Shown: positions 20,745-29,386, counted from the first letter of the stretch. The stretch: DNA of 64,000 bases from Paracoccaceae bacterium (GCA_026989355.1 JALSJM010000005.1:344717-408716); one strand, 5' to 3'. A program made the numbers and translations. Notes: generated by a model from the sequence alone, not told the origin.

Positions 20745-22275
20745 GAAATATCGCACCCGGCCGCCGAAACGGGCGGCCCCGGACGCGGTCGGCAGCGGGG
20801 ATGCAGGCAGCGCCGGAACCACCACCGGGAAGGGAAAGACCCCGGCCGGCAAGGCCATCGCCGAGATCCGCAAGGAAGGGCTGACCGGCCGCCAGCTGCG
20901 CATGGCCCGCCGACTTGCCCAGAAACACGGGCTTTCCCCTGCTTCCGATTACGACGCGGTGCGCCTGCTGCGCGAGCGCAACATAGATCCCTTCGGCCGC
21001 GCCAGCCTGCTTGATCTGGTGGTGCCCGAACACGCCGACCAGCAGGACGAAGACAACATCCAGCTGCCCCAGATCGCACCGCAGCCGGGCAGCAACCTGC
21101 TCTCGACCGAACCTGGCAACGCGGAAGTGCGGGCCCGGCAGATTCTGGAAATCCAGCGCGATATCGCACGCCGTCGCCGCCGCCGGCAACTGGGGCTGTT
21201 CCTGCGTCTGCTGATCTTCGTGTTCCTGCCCACGGCCGCTGCCGGATATTATTTCAACTTCATCGCAACGCCGATGTATTCCACCCACTCCGAATTCGTG
21301 ATCCAGAAGGCAGAGGGGCCATCGATAGGCGGCGCCGGCGGGCTGTTTGCCGGCACCCAGTTTGCCACATCGCAGGATTCGATCACCGTCCAAGGCTATC
21401 TGCAATCGCGCGATGCAATGCTGCGCCTTGACCACGAACACGGTTTCAAGGCCCATTTCAGCCAGGAAGGGATCGATCCCCTGCAGGCCCTGCCGGCGGA
21501 TGCGACCAATGAAGAGGCCTACAAGCTTTACAAGAAGCGCGTGAAGATCGGCTTCGATCCCACGGAAGGCACCCTGAAGATGGAAGTATCTGCCGCCGAC
21601 CCGGAAGTAAGCGCCGCCTTTTCGCGGGCGCTCATCTCTTATGCGGAAGAACAGGTTGACACCCTCAGCAAGCGCCTGCGGGAAGATCAGATGAAGGGTG
21701 CGCTTGAAAACTATGAGGATGCCCAGGCGGCCCTGCGCAAGGCCCAGCAAAGGCTGATCGAACTGCAGGAAAGCTCCAGAGTGATCAGCGGAGAGGTTGA
21801 AGTGGGGCTTCTGACCAGCCGCATATCGGCGCTCGAAATGGAACTGACCAACAGCGAACTGGCACTCAGGGAACTTCTTTCAAACCCGCGTCCGAATCCT
21901 GCCAAGGTAAACCCGCTTGAACGCAGGATCAGTTTTCTCAGGGAAAAGATCGCGAACTATCGCCGCCAGCTAACCGGAGGCACCGAACAGGAACGCTCCA
22001 TCGCCAGCCGTTCAAGCGAAATCGAACTGGCGCGCGCCGAACTGGAAATGCGCAATCTCATGCTGCAATCGGCGCTTGAACAGATGGAAAACGCCCGTAT
22101 CGAGGCCAACAAGCAGGTGCGCTATCTGGCGGTTTCCGTGCATCCGGTTCCCCCGGACGAGCCCTCGTATCCGCGCAAGTTCGAAAATACCATTCTGGTT
22201 TTCCTGATCTTTTCCGGCATCTATCTGATGGTCTCGCTGACCATCTCGATCCTGCGCGAGCAGGTCTCTTCCTGA
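20722..22275 (+). CDS. kpsE: capsule polysaccharide export inner-membrane protein (KpsE-like, with basic N-terminal extension)
   Basis: The start ATG at 20722 overlaps the kpsT end. It has a TM segment (LGLFLRLLIFVFLPTAAAGYYF), a long coiled-coil periplasmic region and a C-terminal TM segment, which is a PCP-3/KpsE architecture. Confidence 0.7.
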   Translation: MTMKPRARKYRTRPPKRAAPDAVGSGDAGSAGTTTGKGKTPAGKAIAEIRKEGLTGRQLRMARRLAQKHGLSPASDYDAVRLLRERNIDPFGRASLLDLVVPEHADQQDEDNIQLPQIAPQPGSNLLSTEPGNAEVRARQILEIQRDIARRRRRRQLGLFLRLLIFVFLPTAAAGYYFNFIATPMYSTHSEFVIQKAEGPSIGGAGGLFAGTQFATSQDSITVQGYLQSRDAMLRLDHEHGFKAHFSQEGIDPLQALPADATNEEAYKLYKKRVKIGFDPTEGTLKMEVSAADPEVSAAFSRALISYAEEQVDTLSKRLREDQMKGALENYEDAQAALRKAQQRLIELQESSRVISGEVEVGLLTSRISALEMELTNSELALRELLSNPRPNPAKVNPLERRISFLREKIANYRRQLTGGTEQERSIASRSSEIELARAELEMRNLMLQSALEQMENARIEANKQVRYLAVSVHPVPPDEPSYPRKFENTILVFLIFSGIYLMVSLTISILREQVSS

Positions 22276-22366
22276 GGAAATGACTGGACGCCCTGTCCTT
22301 CCTGTGGCAACAGCGCCTGGCAACATTACAGTTTCTGACAAGTGGTTTCCCGGGAAAGGAACCGGC

Positions 22367-23863
22367 ATGAACAAGCCCGAACGAACCTGTGCTCCCAATA
22401 CCTGGGCCTTCCTGCGCGACCCAATGATTGCACCCACCGGCTTTCGCGAATATGATGCGCGCTGGAAATATCCCGAAGAGATCAACCTGCCCGGCATCGC
22501 CGCGCTCGGCCTCGGGCTTGGCACCCAGATACGCCGCAGGGGTATCGAGCCTGTAATCGCGGTTGGCAATGACTACCGGGATTATTCTCTGGCGATCAAG
22601 CAGGCGCTGATCCTCGGCCTGATGCAGGCCGGCATCCATGTAAGGGATATCGGCCCCGCCCTTTCCCCCATGGCCTATTTCGCACAGTTCCATCTGGATG
22701 CACCGGCCGTGGCCATGGTGACGGCCAGCCACAACCCGAACGGCTGGACCGGCGTGAAGATGGGCTTCGAGCGCCCGCTTACCCATGGCCCCGACGAGAT
22801 GGCCGAACTGCGCGACATCGTGCTTGGCGGCAGGGGGCAACCGCATCCGGGCGGGCAATATGAATTCGTCGATGGCGTAAAGCAAGCCTATCTCGACGAT
22901 CTCGCGGGCAACTTCCGCATGACGCGGCCGCTCAGAGTGGTTTGCGCCACCGGCAATGGCACGGCTTCGGCATTCGCCCCCGAACTGCTGGAACGCATCG
23001 GTGTCGATGTGGTGCCGCTGCACACCGAGCTTGATTACACCTTTCCGCATTACAACCCCAACCCGGAGGCCATGGAGATGCTTCACGACATGGCCCGCGC
23101 GGTGCGTGAAAGCGGCGCCGATCTGGCGCTTGGCTTCGATGGCGACGGCGACCGCTGCGGCGTGGTTGACAACGAGGGCGAAGAGATCTTCGCCGACAAG
23201 ATGGGCGTCATCATGGCCCGCGATCTGGCCCGGCTTCATCCCGGCTCGGTCTTCGTGGCCGATGTGAAATCGACCGGCCTTTTCGCCTCGGATCCGGTGC
23301 TGCGCGAACACGGCGCCAGGGCCGATTACTGGAAAACCGGCCACAGCTACATGAAACGCCGGGTGAAGGAAACAGGCGCGCTGGCAGGATTCGAAAAATC
23401 GGGCCACTATTTCCTGGCCGAGCCTGTCGGGCGCGGCTATGACTGCGGGCTGCGCGTGGCGGTAGAGATCTGCAAGCTGCTTGATCGCCACCCCGAGCGG
23501 TCCATGGCCGATCTGCGCCGCGCCCTGCCGCGCACCTGGTCAAGCCCCACCATGTCGCCCCACTGTCCCGATACCGAAAAATACGCGGTTCTGGAGCGCA
23601 TTGTCGCACGACTGGTGGAAATGGGCCGCAACGGCAGCAGCCTTGGCGGCCGCACGATCCGCGAGGTCGTGACCGTGAACGGTGCCCGGGTGATCCTTGA
23701 CAACGGCGCATGGGGGCTGGTGCGGGCTTCGTCCAACACACCCAATCTGGTGGTGGTCTGCGAAAGCCCCGAAAGCGAAGACGAACTGCGCGCCATCTTC
23801 GCCGATCTCGATCAGGTGATCCGCACCGAGCCGGCAGTTGGCGAATACGACCAGACGCTCTGA
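22367..23863 (+). CDS. phosphomannomutase/phosphoglucomutase
   Basis: Contains TASHNPNGWTGVK (active-site Ser loop), GFDGDGDRCGVVD (metal loop) and GFEKSGHYF. The start is placed at ATG 22367 after GAAAGGA. Confidence 0.85.
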   Translation: MNKPERTCAPNTWAFLRDPMIAPTGFREYDARWKYPEEINLPGIAALGLGLGTQIRRRGIEPVIAVGNDYRDYSLAIKQALILGLMQAGIHVRDIGPALSPMAYFAQFHLDAPAVAMVTASHNPNGWTGVKMGFERPLTHGPDEMAELRDIVLGGRGQPHPGGQYEFVDGVKQAYLDDLAGNFRMTRPLRVVCATGNGTASAFAPELLERIGVDVVPLHTELDYTFPHYNPNPEAMEMLHDMARAVRESGADLALGFDGDGDRCGVVDNEGEEIFADKMGVIMARDLARLHPGSVFVADVKSTGLFASDPVLREHGARADYWKTGHSYMKRRVKETGALAGFEKSGHYFLAEPVGRGYDCGLRVAVEICKLLDRHPERSMADLRRALPRTWSSPTMSPHCPDTEKYAVLERIVARLVEMGRNGSSLGGRTIREVVTVNGARVILDNGAWGLVRASSNTPNLVVVCESPESEDELRAIFADLDQVIRTEPAVGEYDQTL

Positions 23864-23961
23864 CCGGAAACGCGCCGGCCGGGACCCCGGCAAGCAGCGG
23901 ATTTTTTGCCGCATCAGGGCTTGAACAACCCCGCCGTCCATCGTAATTAGCGCAACACCGT

Positions 23962-24036
23962 TGGGGTGTAGCCAAGTGGTAAGGCAGCGGTTTTTGGTAC
24001 CGTGTATCGTAGGTTCGAATCCTACCACCCCAGCCA
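23962..24036 (+). tRNA. tRNA-Gln (anticodon UUG)
   Basis: Hand-folded cloverleaf. The acceptor stem TGGGGTG/CACCCCA is followed by discriminator G and an encoded CCA. The anticodon stem is GCGGT/ACCGT with loop TTTTGGT (anticodon TTG). The T-arm is GTAGG-TTCGAAT-CCTAC. It closely resembles E. coli tRNA-Gln. Confidence 0.9.
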
Positions 24037-24396
24037 GCATCGCTGCCGGATGACGACAACGGGTATTTCACAAGCGCCAGGCGGGGCTGGTATGCGTCTG
24101 CAGCGGCCTGGCCGGCCCTGCGGCAGACAACGGGATGCCCGCGCCTTCGTCAGATGTCCGCCGCACAAGCAAACCTTCCGCCTTCAGACAGGCACCCTTG
24201 CGGATGCGCGGCGCACCTTCCCTGCCGGTTTGCACCGGGGGAACCCGGCATTTCAGGGATGGGCCGGTGGAACACCCTGACGAGAAATCGCAGCCAGGGT
24301 GTATCACGCTGGAAATCGGCGCCCCCCTGCCCTATAGGCAGAAAGGAAGCCACCTGCCCGGCACCGCGGCCAGGCAGACATTTTCCGGGGCGGCCC

Positions 24397-25323
24397 ATGC
24401 AGGTTTACCTACCCATTGCCGAGATTTCCGTAAGCGCCTTTCTTCTGCTTGGACTTGGCGGAATCGTGGGCATGCTTTCGGGGATGTTCGGCGTGGGGGG
24501 CGGTTTTCTGATCACGCCGCTGCTGTTCTTCATCGGCGTTCCGCCACCGGTAGCCGTGGCTACCGGCACCAATCAGATCGTGGCTTCGTCTTTTTCGGCA
24601 GTGCTGGCGCATCTGAAGCGGCGCACCGTTGATCTGCGCATGGGCAGCGTGCTGCTGGTCGGCGGCCTGATCGGCGCGGCGCTTGGTGTGCGGCTGTTTG
24701 CGCTGCTGCACACGATGGGGCAGGTGGATCTTCTGGTGCAGCTTTCCTATGTGGGCTTTCTCGGGGTGATCGGCTTTCTGATGCTGATGGAAAGCCTGCG
24801 CGCCCTCAGGCGTGCCCGTCAGCCCGACGCCCCACGGCGCAAGCGCCACCACCACACATGGGTGCATGCCCTGCCCTTCAAGATGAAGTTCCGCACCTCG
24901 GGGTTGTATATCTCGGTCATCCCGCCGCTGGCGATCGGGGCAGTGGTGGGCATCCTGTCGGCGATCATGGGGGTGGGCGGCGGATTCATCATGGTGCCGG
25001 CGATGATCTATCTGATCGGCATGCCAACCAAGGTGGTGGTGGGCACCTCTCTGTTCCAGATCATCTTCGTGACCGGTTTTACCACCATCATGCACGCAAC
25101 CACCAATTATTCGGTCGATATGGTGCTGGCAGTGCTGCTGATCGTGGGCGGAGTGATCGGGGCGCAGATCGGCACCCGGATCAGCACCAGGCTGAAGGCC
25201 GAACAGCTGCGCATCCTGCTGGCGCTTCTGGTGCTGGCAGTCTGCATCAAGATCGCCCTCGGGCTTCTGATCGAGCCTGAAGAACTGTTCAGCATTTCCC
25301 GGATCAGGGAGGGGCAGGCATGA
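24397..25323 (+). CDS. TauE/SafE family sulfite/anion exporter
   Basis: ORF 24154..25323, with the start placed at ATG 24397 (MQVYLPIAEISV). The polytopic protein has repeated GVGGGF(L/I) motifs typical of TauE/SafE. Confidence 0.85.
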   Translation: MQVYLPIAEISVSAFLLLGLGGIVGMLSGMFGVGGGFLITPLLFFIGVPPPVAVATGTNQIVASSFSAVLAHLKRRTVDLRMGSVLLVGGLIGAALGVRLFALLHTMGQVDLLVQLSYVGFLGVIGFLMLMESLRALRRARQPDAPRRKRHHHTWVHALPFKMKFRTSGLYISVIPPLAIGAVVGILSAIMGVGGGFIMVPAMIYLIGMPTKVVVGTSLFQIIFVTGFTTIMHATTNYSVDMVLAVLLIVGGVIGAQIGTRISTRLKAEQLRILLALLVLAVCIKIALGLLIEPEELFSISRIREGQA

Positions 25324-26117
25324 ATTTCCGCCGATTTCCCGCCCTTCTTCTGCTGCTGGCACTTCCGGTGCTTTGCACACCCGCGGCCGGCCGCGAAACC
25401 GGCGAGGAAGTGATCGCCGATCTGTCGCACGGCCAGGTGGCGATCACCGCCAGTTTTGTCGGTTCCGAGATCCTTGTCTTCGGAGCGATCAAGCGCGAAG
25501 CCCCCCCGCCCGGAGACGCCCCCCTGGGCATTATCGTAACGGTTTCGGGCCCCTCGGAACCGCTGGTCATATGGCGCAAGAAGCGGGTTGCGGGAATCTG
25601 GGTGAACGCCGCATCACTGAAGATCGACGCCGCGCCCAGTTTCTATGCCGTTTCCACCAATGCGCCGCTGCGCCAGATCCTGATCGGCTCCGAGGATCTG
25701 CGATACAAGATCTCGATCCGCCAGGCGATTCAGGCCTACTGGGCCAATCTCCTGGCCCTTGACGCCGGGGATTTCACCGAGGCCCTGGTGCGCCTGCGCG
25801 CCGAAGACGATCTTTATCAGATGAACGAGGGCCAGGTAAGCCTGCAGGCCGAAACCCTGTTCCGAACCTCGGTGCGCCTGCCGGCCAAGCTCGTCGAGGG
25901 GCGCTACATGGCCCGCATATTCCTGACCCGCAAGGGGCGGGTGCTGTCCTCCTATCAGACCGATATCGAGGTGCGGAAGGTCGGGCTTGAACGCTGGATC
26001 TTCAACCTGGCGCATCAGCGCCCCCTGCTTTATGGCCTGCTGTCGCTGGTGATCGCGATCATTGCCGGCTGGGGCGCCTCGACGGCATTCCGCTATCTCA
26101 GGGGGCAGAGCGGCTGA
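25320..26117 (+). CDS. TIGR02186 / Alph_Pro_TM family membrane protein
   Basis: 265 aa, with a signal peptide and a C-terminal TM segment. Its start overlaps the TauE stop (ATGA). The family assignment is from memory of the conserved alphaproteobacterial TauE-partner gene. Confidence 0.6.
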   Translation: MNFRRFPALLLLLALPVLCTPAAGRETGEEVIADLSHGQVAITASFVGSEILVFGAIKREAPPPGDAPLGIIVTVSGPSEPLVIWRKKRVAGIWVNAASLKIDAAPSFYAVSTNAPLRQILIGSEDLRYKISIRQAIQAYWANLLALDAGDFTEALVRLRAEDDLYQMNEGQVSLQAETLFRTSVRLPAKLVEGRYMARIFLTRKGRVLSSYQTDIEVRKVGLERWIFNLAHQRPLLYGLLSLVIAIIAGWGASTAFRYLRGQSG

Positions 26118-26124
26118 TCCCGGA

Positions 26125-27678
26125 TCACGATCCTGCGCCGCCTGCGGGGGCGGTGGCATCCGCCGACAGCGTCAGGTGGGGTGGATCAGGCTGCAGATCA
26201 TCCGTTGACAGCGGCGCAGAGGGCAGCGCCAGGCGATTGCGCGTAACCCAGAACAGCCGCTTTTCGGCACGGGTGATGGCCACGTAGGCCAGCCGTTTCC
26301 ACAGCGGCTGACCGGCTTCGCTCCGGCCCATCCGGGCCGCCGCATGCAGATCGGGCGCGAACACCTGCACATCCTGCCACTGGCTGCCCTGCGCCTTGTG
26401 AATCGTTACCGCCGCGCCATGCAGAAAAGCCGCCCCCATGCGCGCCGCATAGGGAATGAAGGGTTCGTCTTCCCCGGGGCTTTCGATCTTTATGATCGAA
26501 GCGGCCGAAACCTGCGGCTGCGGTGCGCCGATGACATGCAGGCGGGAAAAACCGGGTTTTCCCCCCGGGCCCAGGTAGATCACCTGCGCACCCTTGATCA
26601 GTCCGCGAGCCTCAAGATCGATGCGCTTGCGGCGATGCTTCAGGGGCAGTTCGATGCCGTCGCAGATCAGCGGCTCGCCCGGCAGAAGGCTGTCGGGCGG
26701 TGCGCCAAAGGCAGAGCGGAAGGCCTGGATCAGCCGTATCCTGGTCTTGTTTCGCCACACCAGAACAGGGGACCGGGCCATCCTGTCGGCCGCCACCCGC
26801 GGGCTGACAACCACCCGGGGATCCCGGCGGGCGGCCTCTGCCACCAGCCGTTCGAAATCCGCGAATTCCAGATCCTGATCCCCCAGCGCATGGGCCAGAT
26901 CAAGGATCGGATTATCAACTGCCTGGCGATGGATGCGCGCCAGTACCAGCTTGCGGCTGTCGGGGAGATCGTCAAACACCATCCGGCCCGACCGGTTGAC
27001 CGGCGCCAGCTGCGCCGGATCGCCAAACAGCACCAGGGTGGGAAAGATCGCCCCGAGATCTTCGAGCTGTTTCTCGTCAAGCATCGAGCTTTCATCGACG
27101 AACCCGATGTCGAGCGGCTCATCGCGCCGTTTCCATCCGGTGATGAAATCCGAGCCTCGCAGGCCCGCCGCGGCCAACGCGCCGGGAATCGAACGATTCT
27201 GCCGATAGAAGGACAGCGCCCGGTCAAGTGCCGCCTCGCTCAGCCCCTCGATCCGGGGACGGGTGCCGCGACCGGCCAGCCACTCGGCGATCTTTTCGTA
27301 TTCAGGATCGTAAACCGGGGTATAGAGGATACGATGAATGGTTGTTGCGGGCACCCCCTGGGCCCGCAGCACGCTGGCCGCCTTGTTGGTGGGCGCAAGC
27401 ACGGCCAGGCTGCGCCGGTCCTTGCGGGGGCGAGCCTCGTAATCACCCGAAACGATTTCGACCCCGGCCTCTTCAAGCGCGCGGCAAAGCGTGGCAAGCA
27501 GCAGCGTCTTGCCCGAACCGGCCTTGCCGACCACCGCAACGATCTCTCCGCCGCCCTCGGCCCGTGGGGTGAGAGTGCCCCTGTCAATATCAACCCCGGC
27601 GGCGCGAAGCTTTCCGGCAATCCGGTCATGGGCTTCGGCCTGATCCTCGGAAAGACTGGGGAAAATACGGGTGCTCAT
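26125..27678 (-). CDS. SF1B RecD/Pif1-like ATP-dependent DNA helicase
   Basis: 517 aa. It has Walker A (GKAGSGKT), Walker B (GFVDESSM), LFGDPAQLAPV and TIHKAQGSQW (motif V/VI of the RecD-like family). Confidence 0.8.
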   Translation of the reverse strand: MSTRIFPSLSEDQAEAHDRIAGKLRAAGVDIDRGTLTPRAEGGGEIVAVVGKAGSGKTLLLATLCRALEEAGVEIVSGDYEARPRKDRRSLAVLAPTNKAASVLRAQGVPATTIHRILYTPVYDPEYEKIAEWLAGRGTRPRIEGLSEAALDRALSFYRQNRSIPGALAAAGLRGSDFITGWKRRDEPLDIGFVDESSMLDEKQLEDLGAIFPTLVLFGDPAQLAPVNRSGRMVFDDLPDSRKLVLARIHRQAVDNPILDLAHALGDQDLEFADFERLVAEAARRDPRVVVSPRVAADRMARSPVLVWRNKTRIRLIQAFRSAFGAPPDSLLPGEPLICDGIELPLKHRRKRIDLEARGLIKGAQVIYLGPGGKPGFSRLHVIGAPQPQVSAASIIKIESPGEDEPFIPYAARMGAAFLHGAAVTIHKAQGSQWQDVQVFAPDLHAAARMGRSEAGQPLWKRLAYVAITRAEKRLFWVTRNRLALPSAPLSTDDLQPDPPHLTLSADATAPAGGAGS

Positions 27679-27729
27679 GGAGCAAGCCTACAGGCCGCCC
27701 CGCAGGGTTTCCAGCATGAAGGTGCGCCT

Positions 27730-28362
27730 TCAGCCGACGATCCGCTGCAGTTCCAGATGGCCGAAGGCGCGCATGAACCAGTGGCGCGACAACTCGTCGG
27801 AAATGCCGGCCTTGCGCAGCAGGTGGCGGCGGATCGCGCGGCTGTATTCCCACAGGCCCAGACTGACCGCATCGCGCCCGCCTCCCCGGCTTCCCAGCAC
27901 CAGCGGCGGCCAGCCAAGCCGGCGATAGATGCGAACCATGCGGGAATCGAACACCCCCAACGCATGAGAAAGCCCGAAACCCAGGCCCACCTCGGCCCCT
28001 CCCAGCATCAGCGCCGCCGATACCCCCGGCCTCGCCCCTTCGCCCAGGCAGAAACGGGTGCATTCCCAGATCAGGGGGCTGCGCACCGGGCGACCGCCGG
28101 AAAGATCCGGAAAATGTTCGGCCGCCATGGTGCGCCCGGTGGTAGGCAGAAAACGCATGGAACCACCATGCCGCCCGTCGGGCAGTTCCCAGATCACGTA
28201 AAGAGGATCGAGCGCATCGTATTCGTCACGCTCTTCACCCCTGTCGTTTATCGTTACATCCCACCCGAGCCGGCCATGAAACTGCCGTGCACGATCGGCA
28301 AACATCGTATCGTGCAACTTTTCATGATTGCGCAATTCCCTTGCATACAGATATCGCAACAT
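27730..28362 (-). CDS. acyl-homoserine-lactone synthase (LuxI family)
   Basis: 210 aa. FADRARQFHGRLGWDV...DEYD...GGSMRFLPTTG...IWECTRFC are the conserved LuxI-family blocks. Confidence 0.9.
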   Translation of the reverse strand: MLRYLYARELRNHEKLHDTMFADRARQFHGRLGWDVTINDRGEERDEYDALDPLYVIWELPDGRHGGSMRFLPTTGRTMAAEHFPDLSGGRPVRSPLIWECTRFCLGEGARPGVSAALMLGGAEVGLGFGLSHALGVFDSRMVRIYRRLGWPPLVLGSRGGGRDAVSLGLWEYSRAIRRHLLRKAGISDELSRHWFMRAFGHLELQRIVG

Positions 28363-28363
28363 C

Positions 28364-28395
28364 GCCTGATCTCCTTGTTCGAATGGAGATCAGGC
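28364..28395 (-). promoter_or_regulatory. perfect 11-bp stem / 10-nt loop hairpin whose 3' arm contains the luxI Shine-Dalgarno
   Basis: The mRNA sense strand reads GCCUGAUCUCC-AUUCGAACAA-GGAGAUCAGGC-G-AUG. The GGAG lies 8 nt upstream of the luxI ATG (28360-28362). Confidence 0.6.
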
Positions 28396-28512
28396 CTATG
28401 GGAACCTGGTTAACGCATGCTGATACCACCGTGCGCAGCAATAACTTCTCATTAATATCCGGCTTCAGAAGCGGATATCGGCAACAGGAAAATACAGGGG
28501 ATTGATCCGGTT

Positions 28513-29253
28513 TCAGATGACAAGCAGCCCCTGGGTCAGGGCGCGGGCCACCGCATGGGTGGTGTTCATCGCCCCCAGCTTGCTGCGGGCGCTTTCCAGA
28601 TAGGCCCGCAGGGTATGTTCCGAGATCGACAGGCTTTCTGCAGCCTGCGCCCGGCTGTAGCCCAGGGCAAGCAGTGTCAGCACATCGGTTTCGCGGGGCG
28701 ACATGGGACGCACCGGGGCGGGCTGGTTTTCACCTTCCAGCTCAAGCGCCTTCTGGTTGATGTAATGGGCCACCAGGATCACTTCGCGTGCAAATTTTTC
28801 GGTATGACGGGCCCAGGCGGCATCGTTGCAGGTGTGGTTCACGGTGAACAGGGCAAACTGCCCCTGGGGGCCGCGGATCGGAACCGAAAATCCCTGCCGG
28901 CCCACCCCGCTGTCAAGCGCCTCGTTCAGGAAGGCGCGCGCCACCCTGGACGACCAGTCAAGCCGCTTCCAGTCAACCGGATTGAAACGGCGATAGCAGC
29001 CCAGAACCACCGGATCGATCCTTTCATAGCCCTGTGCGATGTAATGATTCACCCATTCGGGCCTGTATGTCAGAACCGCATACTGCTCACCCGTGCTGTT
29101 CACCGAATGATAAACGAGATGTTCGACATCGAACAGATTGCGCAATCTGAGGATCTCTTTCTGGAGATCATCCAGCGATCTTGCCTGCTCCATGCAATCG
29201 ATGATGGTTTCGAGCCTGTTCTGCATCGGCAGGGCCTGCTCCCACTCCTTCAT
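28513..29253 (-). CDS. LuxR family AHL-responsive transcriptional regulator
   Basis: 246 aa. It has an N-terminal autoinducer-binding domain (YERIDPVV ... GFSVPIRGP) and a C-terminal HTH (LSPRETDVLTLLALGYSRAQAAESLSISEHTLRAYL). An alternative start at ATG 29226 (MQNRLE) is possible. Confidence 0.9.
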   Translation of the reverse strand: MKEWEQALPMQNRLETIIDCMEQARSLDDLQKEILRLRNLFDVEHLVYHSVNSTGEQYAVLTYRPEWVNHYIAQGYERIDPVVLGCYRRFNPVDWKRLDWSSRVARAFLNEALDSGVGRQGFSVPIRGPQGQFALFTVNHTCNDAAWARHTEKFAREVILVAHYINQKALELEGENQPAPVRPMSPRETDVLTLLALGYSRAQAAESLSISEHTLRAYLESARSKLGAMNTTHAVARALTQGLLVI

Positions 29254-29386
29254 CCACGAGCGAGGATATCTCGGTTGCCGCCATGAGCTTGGCGTCGTTC
29301 AACTGCTCCGACACTGCAACAAGCCCGTTTTCCTGCGCATATTTCTCAAGGTCGGCAAGAACGTCGATCATCCAGTCATGCTTCAT
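29168..29386 (-). CDS. hypothetical small protein (72-codon ORF) upstream of and overlapping luxR
   Basis: ATG at 29384-29386, preceded by AAAGAGAG. The first ~45 residues (MKHDWMIDVLADLEKYAQENGLVAVSEQLNDAKLMAATEI) look like a helical acidic peptide. The last ~25 codons overlap the luxR start out of frame and look non-protein-like. Confidence 0.3.
   Translation of the reverse strand: MKHDWMIDVLADLEKYAQENGLVAVSEQLNDAKLMAATEISSLVDEGVGAGPADAEQARNHHRLHGAGKIAG

Noticed and set aside
23864-24396. tRNA-Gln as an integration hotspot, with flanking DNA as a possible genomic island.
   Set aside because: There is no integrase, excisionase or phage gene on either side. I found no repeat of the tRNA 3' end in the neighbouring sequence. 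The flanking genes are ordinary chromosomal genes.
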